A DNA stretch of 11,573 nt from a virus. The notes beneath the pieces were generated by a model, which ran no database searches, was not told where the DNA came from, and was given only the letters and a program-made list of their open reading frames with translations. This document shows positions 1-6,245 of this stretch, in pieces; the stretch's first letter is position 1, and the number at the start of each line of letters is the position of its first letter. The DNA lies in UHGV virus genome UHGV-1580203; one strand, 5' to 3'. A program made the position numbers and the translations under genes.

Positions 1-52
1 CAACGACCTTCTAAGTCGTGGGCCGCAGGTTCGAATCCTGCAGGGCGCGCCA
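1..52 (+). tRNA. argU: tRNA-Arg(UCU), 3' portion only (5' part lies upstream of window)
   Basis: Seen: anticodon stem-loop ACGAC/CTTCTAA/GTCGT with TCT anticodon at 10-12, T-arm GGTTCGAATCC at 29-39, acceptor 3' strand GCGCGCCA ending CCA at 50-52. Matches my recollection of E. coli argU; only the 3' 52 nt are visible. Confidence 0.85.
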
Positions 53-67
53 TTACAATTCAATCAG

Positions 68-1231
68 TTACGCCTTCTTTATATCCTCCATAATTCCACA
101 GTGGGACATATTTGGGACATTATCACCAAAAATGTCGTCTATTTTCCTTGCATGCTCTGTCAAATGATTAGGCGCAAGGTGAGCATACCTACGAACCATT
201 TCTATGGACTCCCATCCGCCCATTTCCTGAAGCACAGATAATGGGACGCCTGACTGGATCAGCCAGCTTGCCCAGGTGTGTCTGAGGTCATGGAAACGGA
301 AATCTTCAATTCCTGCACGACGACAAGCTGATAGCCATGATGTCTTGCTGTCGATGCGCATCTTCCTGACCGCAGGCGTTGATGTTCCATCTGCTCGCTT
401 AGCCGCCTTGGTATGTACAAACACCCATTTGTGATGCTTGCCTATTTGATCACGCAACACTTTACAGGCGGTATCGTTCAGCGCCACACCAATGGCGCGG
501 TTTGATTTGCTCTCTTCTGGATTCACCCAGGCAACTCGTCGCTGCATGTCGATTTGTTGCCATTCCAGATTTATGATGTTCGACTTTCTCAGACCAGTTG
601 CCAGCGCAAACTTGACGACAGATTTCAGTGGTTCGGAGCACTCATCAATAAGGCGTTTTGCTTCCTCCTTTTCCAGCCATCTGACTCGCTTGTTTCTGAC
701 CGCTGGTATCTTGATGACAGGCGCTTTTTCCAGCCACTTCCAGTCGCGTTCTGCAGCACGGAGAATGGCCTTTATCATGGCAAGATGCTTTGCCTTTGTC
801 TGAGTTGATACTGGCTTTGGTTCATAAACAGGCGGTTCTTTACCTTTCCTGATGGCGGCCTGAACTTTCTGTTTCCATATTTCTTTCGTCTTTCTGTTAT
901 GCATTCTGCTTACAGCAGAGTAAATCTTTGCCTCCGAGATATCTTTAAGCCTTATACCCTCAAAATGTTCAAGCCAGAACTCAATCCGGCTTTTATCTGA
1001 ATCGAGAGATTTTTTATCAGCTTTTTCCTCAAGCCATCTTAGGCAGGCCTCTTCAAAAGTGACATCAGGTAAATCCCCTAGCTTTTCTACTCGCCAGAGT
1101 TCTGCTTTTCGCTTGTCGTGCAACTCCTGAGCTTGCCGCTTGTCCTTTGTGCCAAGAGATTCCTTAATTCGTTTCCCGCCCGGGAGCGAATACGAGGCAT
1201 ACCATATTTCATTTCTGCGGAAGAGTGACAT
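68..1231 (-). CDS. int: Tyrosine-type phage integrase (P22/DLP12 IntD-like)
   Basis: 387-aa ORF ending 15 bp from the tRNA 3' end; C-terminal [15 protein letters not shown] and RRYAHL motifs typical of tyrosine recombinase R-H-R-Y catalytic core; RBS GAGGAAA upstream of ATG at 1231; N-terminus MSLFRR...WYASY resembles P22-family Int by recollection. Confidence 0.95.
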   Translation of the reverse strand: MSLFRRNEIWYASYSLPGGKRIKESLGTKDKRQAQELHDKRKAELWRVEKLGDLPDVTFEEACLRWLEEKADKKSLDSDKSRIEFWLEHFEGIRLKDISEAKIYSAVSRMHNRKTKEIWKQKVQAAIRKGKEPPVYEPKPVSTQTKAKHLAMIKAILRAAERDWKWLEKAPVIKIPAVRNKRVRWLEKEEAKRLIDECSEPLKSVVKFALATGLRKSNIINLEWQQIDMQRRVAWVNPEESKSNRAIGVALNDTACKVLRDQIGKHHKWVFVHTKAAKRADGTSTPAVRKMRIDSKTSWLSACRRAGIEDFRFHDLRHTWASWLIQSGVPLSVLQEMGGWESIEMVRRYAHLAPNHLTEHARKIDDIFGDNVPNMSHCGIMEDIKKA

Positions 1232-1458
1232 TTTCTTTCCTCTGTTATGCCATCACCCGCGCTCACTTGGACAGTATGCAGCGGAGACTGAAGCGCCGCA
1301 ATGCAAGCTTGCCGTGTTGTGAGGTAAGGAGATTTTGGCTTGGTTGGATCTTTACGTGTTGCCTGTAGGCGGCCTGTTCGTATCCAGTTGGTGGCGGTTG
1401 GTCTGGATATCTTAAGAAACTGACAGGCCTCATCGAGTGTGAGGCTGTATGGCTCCAT
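1087..1458 (-). CDS. xis: Excisionase (Xis), start taken at internal Met of the 151-aa ORF
   Basis: Internal start [31 protein letters not shown], a helix-turn-helix excisionase-like N-terminus; the ATG overlaps the upstream gene stop as TAATG (1456-1460); 3' end overlaps int by about 145 nt, so C-terminal extent is uncertain. Confidence 0.7.
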   Translation of the reverse strand: MEPYSLTLDEACQFLKISRPTATNWIRTGRLQATRKDPTKPKSPYLTTRQACIAALQSPLHTVQVSAGDGITEERKCHSSAEMKYGMPRIRSRAGNELRNLLAQRTSGKLRSCTTSEKQNSGE

Positions 1459-1763
1459 TATTTCACCTCTTGCTGTGTCATTGTTGAAAAATGGATACCA
1501 GCTCGTTGCTGCCAGACGATCCAACCGAGAGTCATATCCCATGCCATGTATTCGTTATCGCCGTTTTTTACTCTCCGACGATCTACTAAGTCACCGAAAC
1601 GCTTTTCCATGAATAATTCATAGGCTTCGCGTTCATCTGGCTCTACTTCCAGAGATACGAGTGCGATTTCATAAGCACGGCGCTCAATATCGTCTCGAAC
1701 CTCTAGGCTGCTGATTCGTTCTTTGATTTCTTTAATCAGTTCTTTATTGGTAAATGTGGTCAT
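1458..1763 (-). CDS. yfdT: Hypothetical early protein, YfdT-like (101 aa)
   Basis: ORF of 101 aa translationally coupled on both sides (TAATG overlaps at 1761-1765 and 1456-1460); length and position match my recollection of CPS-53 yfdT; function unknown. Confidence 0.65.
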   Translation of the reverse strand: MTTFTNKELIKEIKERISSLEVRDDIERRAYEIALVSLEVEPDEREAYELFMEKRFGDLVDRRRVKNGDNEYMAWDMTLGWIVWQQRAGIHFSTMTQQEVK

Positions 1764-2125
1764 TATGCTCCAGCCTCCGGTGCTTTTGGCATTACTGCCC
1801 AGTGAGTGATATTGACGTTTTCAAGGTCCCCGACCTGAAATGTCCACTGCCATTCTCCGGTTTCTTTTTGTCCCCAGGTGTACCAGAGAGAACGCCAGCC
1901 AATCAGCCAGCCTTCTCCATTAGCATCAAATAACAGAACACTTTCATTTGCTGGTGGCAGTTCAGCTGACACTGGTATTATTTTGTTTTCCAGTGCCGCA
2001 CATTTAGCTTCAAGCGCGTCGAATTTACGTAACAGGTACTCAGCATTTGTTTCATTCACTTTCAGATCTCGCGGTACACATTTCCCGCGAAGAAACCCTT
2101 CCATTTCGAAAACATTCATGCGCAT
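1763..2125 (-). CDS. yfdS: Hypothetical early protein, YfdS-like (120 aa)
   Basis: 120-aa ORF in the same operon, Trp-rich C-terminal half; overlaps the upstream gene by 10 nt; length and order match my recollection of yfdS; function unknown. Confidence 0.65.
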   Translation of the reverse strand: MRMNVFEMEGFLRGKCVPRDLKVNETNAEYLLRKFDALEAKCAALENKIIPVSAELPPANESVLLFDANGEGWLIGWRSLWYTWGQKETGEWQWTFQVGDLENVNITHWAVMPKAPEAGA

Positions 2126-2652
2126 TTGCGTAACTCCGATAAATCGTTAAAACGTTCCATAAACATCCCGTAGGCATGACCCGGTGCCAGTGGAATCACG
2201 TTGAACATCTCTGTTGCCGGGATGCCTTCCAGTACAGGCCAGAAAGAGCCATCATCAAGCCCGAGATCGCGGCGTTCGGTTGCCAGCATGATGAGATCGG
2301 CATATTTCACGGGTGTACTCATAACTGGGGGTAACCCGTATTCCTCACGGATTACGGCGTCTATTTTTTCTTCCATCCGTTTATAGTCAGGAAGAAGGCG
2401 TTTCAGTGGTGCGGGAATGTCCTGGCAATACGCTTCTGTTGCATCATGCATTAACGCTTCAAAAGCAAATTCCTGCGGCACCAGCTGGCTGCAAAGAACC
2501 GCATGTTGGGCGACGCTGTAGAAGTGCGAAAGATGACCGGCAAAGCGACAGATATTTGAAAGGGAAACCGCGATATCGTTAATATCGATGTCGTCTTTAT
2601 TTATCTTGTCATAATAAAAATGCTTCCCGGAAAAAGTTTTAATAAATGACAT
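2116..2652 (-). CDS. yfdR: HD-domain phosphohydrolase (YfdR/YfbR-like 5'-deoxynucleotidase family), start at Met10 of the listed ORF
   Basis: Contains H...H and MHDATE (HD) metal-binding motifs; RBS GGAGAACAAA immediately upstream of the ATG at 2652 gives a 178-aa product; the longer ORF start at 2679 lacks an RBS. Confidence 0.8.
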   Translation of the reverse strand: MSFIKTFSGKHFYYDKINKDDIDINDIAVSLSNICRFAGHLSHFYSVAQHAVLCSQLVPQEFAFEALMHDATEAYCQDIPAPLKRLLPDYKRMEEKIDAVIREEYGLPPVMSTPVKYADLIMLATERRDLGLDDGSFWPVLEGIPATEMFNVIPLAPGHAYGMFMERFNDLSELRKCA

Positions 2653-2745
2653 TTTGTTCTCCACGTATATGCACTGCACCGCGCTGAATTCTGGTAAAAG
2701 GAAGCCCTCACCATCCGGTGATTATTGAGTTAATTACGTTTCCAT

Positions 2746-2767
2746 AAATGCCCCCGCAGGGGCATTT
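2746..2767. other. Intergenic 9-bp perfect hairpin (AAATGCCCC-CGCA-GGGGCATTT) without U-tract, between yfdQ-like and yfdR-like genes
   Basis: Seen directly; no T-run on either strand, so not a canonical intrinsic terminator. Confidence 0.5.
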
Positions 2768-2779
2768 GCAGTAATGAAA

Positions 2780-3604
2780 TCAGGCGGTGAAAGTACCAAT
2801 AAAGGTTTCTACTTTGCTGTCTTTGAATTTCTCAACAAGCAGATCACGAAATTCGTTAGCCATTTCTTCCTGCACCGCTTCCAGCTGAATAATGCGCAGA
2901 ACCAGTACAGGACGATCGCCAGTGATAATGCTGAGGCGTAATTTAAACGGACGTTCTTTCAGACCTTCAAACGGAACGCATTTAAATTCAAATGCCACTG
3001 GCATAATGTCTTTGGTCTTCGCTTCGACAGACTCCATCAGGGAGCGTTTGCCGCTGAAGTCATTATCTTCAAAATCAGCGGTCTGGTTTGCTTCAATCGT
3101 GATTTTACGGACTGCCGCAGCCGCTTTTGTTGCTTGAATGGCGTCACCATTAGCATCAAAGCCCACAAGGTAGTCGGCCCAGTCTTCGATCCATTCTGCC
3201 AGTGACCTCTGGGAGTTACGCTCGCCGTTAACAGACAACAGAGCAGAGAACGGTGCTGTCTTTTTCAGTTTGAGAGTGGCAGTGTTATCTGCGTGACCTG
3301 GCTCATCAATAGTACCCAGGTTAAGCACACTGACGGCACGCATATTATCGGCATCGATAAAGCAGCGGGTGCCTTCATCTGCAAGATCTTTAGAATAACG
3401 GGTAAAATCATCGATGCTGGCAGTGGAAAGTGCACCACGGAAACGGAAGCGATTTAAATTAAATTTTTCCAGATCATGAATGCGGAAATTCTCAGGCAAT
3501 GCCACAGCATCGGCACCAATCTTACTGATAATTTCATTAACACCCTGAGCAGAAATAAGGGCATGGATTTGATTAATTGCGGTTGCGTCTAAGTTCTGAG
3601 ACAT
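2780..3604 (-). CDS. yfdQ: Hypothetical phage protein, YfdQ-like (DUF2303-type by recollection), 274 aa
   Basis: 274-aa ORF with RBS GAGGA about 9 nt upstream of the ATG at 3604; N-terminus [21 protein letters not shown] matches what I recall for E. coli YfdQ; function unknown. Confidence 0.8.
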   Translation of the reverse strand: MSQNLDATAINQIHALISAQGVNEIISKIGADAVALPENFRIHDLEKFNLNRFRFRGALSTASIDDFTRYSKDLADEGTRCFIDADNMRAVSVLNLGTIDEPGHADNTATLKLKKTAPFSALLSVNGERNSQRSLAEWIEDWADYLVGFDANGDAIQATKAAAAVRKITIEANQTADFEDNDFSGKRSLMESVEAKTKDIMPVAFEFKCVPFEGLKERPFKLRLSIITGDRPVLVLRIIQLEAVQEEMANEFRDLLVEKFKDSKVETFIGTFTA

Positions 3605-3669
3605 AATAAGTCCTCACTATATAAAGATATTCAGTGATGAGATAAATAATCAGTTTATTACGAACGATA

Positions 3670-4032
3670 TTAACGACCTGCTGCGCGGAGTTTTCCGTCA
3701 GGTTCACCGGCAAGAGTCAGTAATTGTCCCTGGTCTTCCTGCAGAATAGTCAGGCGACCACCGCGATTGACATACATCGGCGTTTCGGTGGTGTCTTCTT
3801 CGGAAATTTTCCCGCGGTTAGTTGGGCGAACATATGAGAGTTTGTGTTTGATTTTCACACGGTTCTCATCAAACGGTTCGATTTCCAGATTGAGTGAGAC
3901 CTTCCCTTTGGTTTTCGTGTTCATCACACCGGAAGCGACCTCACTGAGAACTGCGCCGATTTTGGTTTCAAATACGCCGCCGTCCAGCTCCCCGATAAAT
4001 GCCTGCACATCAGTACTGCGTTCGCTAGCCAT
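3670..4032 (-). CDS. yfdP: Hypothetical phage protein, YfdP-like (120 aa), start at internal Met of the 182-aa ORF
   Basis: Internal start MASERSTDVQ preceded by RBS AGGAG with 7-nt spacing; the upstream 62 codons of the listed ORF are GC-rich and not protein-like; 120-aa length matches recollection of yfdP. Confidence 0.65.
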   Translation of the reverse strand: MASERSTDVQAFIGELDGGVFETKIGAVLSEVASGVMNTKTKGKVSLNLEIEPFDENRVKIKHKLSYVRPTNRGKISEEDTTETPMYVNRGGRLTILQEDQGQLLTLAGEPDGKLRAAGR

Positions 4033-4080
4033 TTTGCTGCTCCTCATCATATCGACCCTGCAAGGTCGGTTGGTTTCTCC

Positions 4081-4169
4081 ACAAAACAGAGAAGAACACC
4101 TGCGGTGGCAGCCGCCCGGATGGATTGGGTTATGAGCCCGTCGTCCGGTGATGCTCTTCTCTGTTTTGT
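4081..4169. repeat. Long imperfect inverted repeat (18-bp arms, one mismatch) flanking a 53-bp GC-rich core
   Basis: Seen: 4081-4098 ACAAAACAGAGAAGAACA versus reverse complement of 4152-4169 (ACAAAACAGAGAAGAGCA); on the minus-strand RNA the mismatch becomes a G-U wobble, giving an 18-bp stem; inner segment has CCGGA/TCCGG pairing. Confidence 0.6.
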
Positions 4170-4460
4170 AAAAAGAGCGGTGCCAGCCGGAAGCAAGTGT
4201 ACAAACTGGTACCGCCAAAGCAGTGGCTGTTGTGGTGCCGGGTGCCTCCCGGTGCCTGGCGAAGGTTGCACACCAGGCGGGTGGGTATCCACAGAAGGTC
4301 GACTGTCAGCCTCAACCTTAACCCGCGTGCGCTGAGCCGCATTCACCACAACGCTAAGGATTCTCTCTGGTTGAAAATACTTAGCTGTTATGTGCCTGCT
4401 TTTAGCCACATCAGGCGAGGTGGACCTGGTTATTCCCCAACAACAAGGATTCGGTTAATC

Positions 4461-4489
4461 TTGATACCCCCAATAACATGGTGATTATT
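4461..4489 (+). promoter_or_regulatory. Candidate promoter for the 167-aa plus-strand gene (-35-like TTGATA, A/T-rich -10-like GATTAT/TTATTT)
   Basis: TTGATA at 4461-4466 and a -10-like hexamer 16-18 bp downstream, ending a few bp before the ATG at 4494 (transcript would be near-leaderless); by eye only. Confidence 0.3.
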
Positions 4490-4493
4490 TAAG

Positions 4494-4997
4494 ATGGACA
4501 AATTTGATAGAAGTGCACAAAGGCAGTTGTTACAAATACTGTATGATGCTCATCCTTATGAAATTTCTGATGATGCGTTGCAGTCTGTTCGTGACGCATT
4601 TGGAGATGATAATGTCCTAATTTCGAACTTAATTTATCTCGAAGAACATGGCTTGATTAAGAATGCTCTTGATTATTACTTGGATGGCATAAATATAAAT
4701 ATTCCTGAATTAAGAATTACTAAAGATGGAATTGATTTCATTCGTGATGATGGAGGTCTTAAAGCTATTCTTGGGATTATGACAATAAGATTGCATGATG
4801 AGACTCTCTGTGAACTTGAACGTATCATCAATAGTTCTACTTCTGCCACGACTGAAGATAAGAAGAAATTACTCTCTCAGCTTCGAACGCTTCCTGCCGA
4901 CGCCATAAAACAGCTGACGATTCGATTACTTGGTCAGGGGCTTGACCATCTGCCGGACGTATTTCACGTAATTCAAAAAGCCCTCCATTCTCTGTAA
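4494..4997 (+). CDS. Orphan 167-aa protein, unknown function (AT-rich moron in the immunity-adjacent slot)
   Basis: Uninterrupted 167-codon frame through visibly A/T-rich DNA with A/T-ending codons, opposite in orientation to the flanking early-left operon; followed by a plus-strand intrinsic terminator at 5175-5198; no family recognised. Confidence 0.6.
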   Translation: MDKFDRSAQRQLLQILYDAHPYEISDDALQSVRDAFGDDNVLISNLIYLEEHGLIKNALDYYLDGININIPELRITKDGIDFIRDDGGLKAILGIMTIRLHDETLCELERIINSSTSATTEDKKKLLSQLRTLPADAIKQLTIRLLGQGLDHLPDVFHVIQKALHSL

Positions 4998-5130
4998 ATT
5001 CTGATTCTGGTCGGATTAGACAGAATCGTCCCCATCCGACCTGCTTACTAAGTAGAATCCAGAATTCGTCTTGTTGGTTGGTGCTGATAAAAAATCCATT
5101 AGGATGAACGTAAGCACAGAATATGACCAT
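4837..5130 (-). CDS. Possible small protein (97 aa) antisense-overlapping the 3' end of the 167-aa gene; uncertain
   Basis: ATG at 5130 preceded by AAAGAGGGTTCT (GAGGG RBS, about 5-nt spacing); first ORF downstream of the putative pL; overlaps the convergent gene by about 160 nt, so it may be a shadow ORF. Confidence 0.25.
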   Translation of the reverse strand: MVIFCAYVHPNGFFISTNQQDEFWILLSKQVGWGRFCLIRPESEFTENGGLFELREIRPADGQAPDQVIESSAVLWRRQEAFEAERVISSYLQSWQK

Positions 5131-5159
5131 AGAACCCTCTTTTGTTACGGGGATACTAA

Positions 5160-5174
5160 GATTGTTAAAGAGCT
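5160..5174 (-). promoter_or_regulatory. boxA-like element (AGCTCTTTAACAATC on minus strand) immediately 3' of the antisense hairpin
   Basis: Minus-strand sequence GCTCTTTAACAAT is a 13-nt contiguous match to the rrn-type boxA consensus as I recall it (TGCTCTTTAACAATTTATCA); lies on the pL-transcribed strand directly after the 5198-5175 hairpin. Confidence 0.45.
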
Positions 5175-5198
5175 AAGCGTCCTGTAGGGCGCTTTTTT
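5175..5198 (+). terminator. Rho-independent terminator for the 167-aa gene transcript
   Basis: Stem AAGCGTCC (5175-5182) / GGGCGCTT (5187-5194) with one G-U pair, loop TGTA, then run of six T (5193-5198). Confidence 0.6.
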
Positions 5199-5364
5199 GT
5201 TGCTAACGAATCATCCTGGACTTCATATGCCCCAGGCGGCTACTTCGTGGGCGTCCTGCCTGTTCGTTTTTGACATTTACTGACTGCTTACGACACATGC
5301 ACCGTGTTGCAACCAGATTTTGTTGTAATCCTGTAGTTGGTCTGGAACAAAAGATAAAATTAAA

Positions 5365-5401
5365 TTGCGAGATATGCAAGTGATATTTGCGAGATATGCA
5401 A
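5365..5401. promoter_or_regulatory. OL-like operator pair: two identical 15-bp sites TTGCGAGATATGCAA separated by 7 bp, with overlapping leftward promoter (pL-like)
   Basis: Seen: exact direct repeat at 5365-5379 and 5387-5401; same TTGCGNGATANGCAA pattern as the site at 6169-6183 in the cI-cro intergenic region; minus-strand TTGCAT -35-like hexamers lie within the sites. Confidence 0.6.
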
Positions 5402-5410
5402 ATTTATAGG

Positions 5411-5435
5411 TAATAAAAAGCCACCTTTCGGTGGC
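5411..5435 (-). terminator. Rho-independent terminator downstream of cI
   Basis: On minus-strand RNA: GCCACC-GAAA-GGUGGC (6-bp stem, GNRA-type tetraloop) followed by UUUUUAUUA; 20 nt downstream of the cI stop. Confidence 0.65.
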
Positions 5436-5455
5436 CGATGGATGGGATATTGAGG

Positions 5456-6148
5456 TTAATTATGTCTCTTAAGGGTTTGCGACTGACTGATTAAGACCTT
5501 TCCAAAGACCATGAATCGGTGTTCGTTTTCGCTAGTAATTCCCCATTCACGGTAAATCTGGTTATCAGAAATCACCAGCAGTTTGTCAGGAATCATTTGA
5601 AGTCTTTTAACGTATATTTTGTCATCAAAACCAAAGACATATATACCATCACCATCAAACTGATTGATGCTGACATCAACGAAGATGAGATCTCCTGGCT
5701 CAATGGTTGGACACATACTGTCCCCACGAACGTTGATAACTTTGATGTGATTGGCTGGTCGTCCGCCGAACATTGATACAGCATTATCAGTTCTGTATTC
5801 GATGGCATGAATCACATCAATGACATCACCGCCCTGGATAAGGCCATTTCCCGCACTGGCACTGATATCCAGCATTTCAATACGGAACACATCCTTCACC
5901 TGCGCAACATCCTCATTATTACTGTTTTTATATACAGTATTACTTTTGTGGGCAGAGGTAAAGAGATCAGCAATATCAACACCTAAGCTCTTGGCAATAT
6001 TACTCAGTGTTTGTTCGGTAAATTGTTTTTGCTTACCCGTTTCTAAGCGCGAGATGTTCGCCGCATCTACTCCTATCGCTTCAGCGAGATCGGCGATTTT
6101 CATGTTCTTCGCTTGGCGAAGTTGTCTGACTCGGTTTCCTATGTTCAT
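5456..6148 (-). CDS. cI: CI-type prophage repressor (N-terminal HTH, C-terminal LexA-like S24 autopeptidase domain)
   Basis: 230 aa; N-terminal HTH (VRQLRQAKNMKIADLAEAIGVDAANISRLETGK); C-terminal GDSM (catalytic Ser) and VKRL (catalytic Lys) motifs of the S24 family; divergent from a cro-like gene. Confidence 0.93.
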   Translation of the reverse strand: MNIGNRVRQLRQAKNMKIADLAEAIGVDAANISRLETGKQKQFTEQTLSNIAKSLGVDIADLFTSAHKSNTVYKNSNNEDVAQVKDVFRIEMLDISASAGNGLIQGGDVIDVIHAIEYRTDNAVSMFGGRPANHIKVINVRGDSMCPTIEPGDLIFVDVSINQFDGDGIYVFGFDDKIYVKRLQMIPDKLLVISDNQIYREWGITSENEHRFMVFGKVLISQSQTLKRHN

Positions 6149-6245
6149 GCGTTTATTACATTTCTTTATTGCGTGATAAGCAAATCAACTTGCGCAAAAT
6201 AATTGCGTGAAATAACATGCATAACGCGCAATATTTGGAGGGCGT
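6149..6245. promoter_or_regulatory. OR region with divergent PRM/PR-like promoters and about three operator sites
   Basis: Sites fitting TTGCGNGATANGCAA at 6169-6183 (best), 6203-6217 (weaker) and 6217-6231 (inverted); minus-strand -10-like TGTAAT (6155-6160) placed so the cI mRNA would start at or near its AUG (no SD upstream of cI); GGAGG RBS at 6237-6241 for cro. Confidence 0.65.

Noticed and set aside
492-808. Plus-strand ORFs of 103 and 84 aa inside the integrase gene
   Set aside because: Lie entirely antisense to the well-supported int CDS, with no RBS and Ser/Phe/Leu-rich composition typical of shadow frames.
1140-1322. 60-aa plus-strand ORF across the int/xis overlap
   Set aside because: Antisense to int and xis; no start context; too short and compositionally unremarkable.
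1878-2386. Plus-strand ORFs (90 aa, 61 aa) within the yfdS-like and yfdR-like genes
   Set aside because: Antisense shadows of the better-supported minus-strand genes.
2892-3137. 81-aa plus-strand ORF inside the yfdQ-like gene
   Set aside because: Antisense shadow; Arg/Ser-rich.
3767-4135. 122-aa plus-strand ORF across the yfdP-like gene and the GC-rich segment
   Set aside because: Antisense to the yfdP-like gene and running into GC-rich non-coding DNA where long random frames are expected.
4047-4409. 120-aa minus-strand ORF considered as an N-type antiterminator (basic N-terminus, ends 15 nt before the yfdP-like start)
   Set aside because: GTG start without RBS, Pro/Gly/Gln-rich composition, and several overlapping frames on both strands in the same GC-rich DNA; kept only as a remote possibility under the 4033-4493 finding.
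4105-4484. Other ORFs (76, 70 and 95 aa) in the GC-rich segment
   Set aside because: Mutually overlapping frames with no RBS; consistent with stop-codon depletion in GC-rich non-coding sequence.
5011-5043. 8-bp inverted repeat GGTCGGAT...ATCCGACC just after the 167-aa gene stop, considered as a terminator
   Set aside because: Large 17-nt loop and no U-tract; the convincing terminator is at 5175-5198. May contribute to 3' UTR structure but not called.
5270-5275. Perfect plus-strand TTGACA -35 hexamer in the pL-proximal spacer
   Set aside because: No acceptable -10 hexamer at 16-18 bp spacing downstream, so it is not called as a promoter.
5203-5298. 31-codon basic minus-strand ORF (MCRKQSVNVKNEQAGRPRSSRLGHMKSRMIR) just downstream of the putative pL, considered as a mini N-like arginine-rich peptide
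   Set aside because: No RBS, very short, lies upstream of rather than after the boxA-like element; basic composition may be chance.
5519-5808. ORFs of 85 aa (plus) and 71 aa (minus, other frame) within the cI gene
   Set aside because: Inside the strongly supported repressor CDS; shadow frames.
5820-6176. 118-aa plus-strand ORF antisense to the cI N-terminal half
   Set aside because: Antisense shadow of cI; hydrophobic, Ser/Leu-rich composition without start signals.
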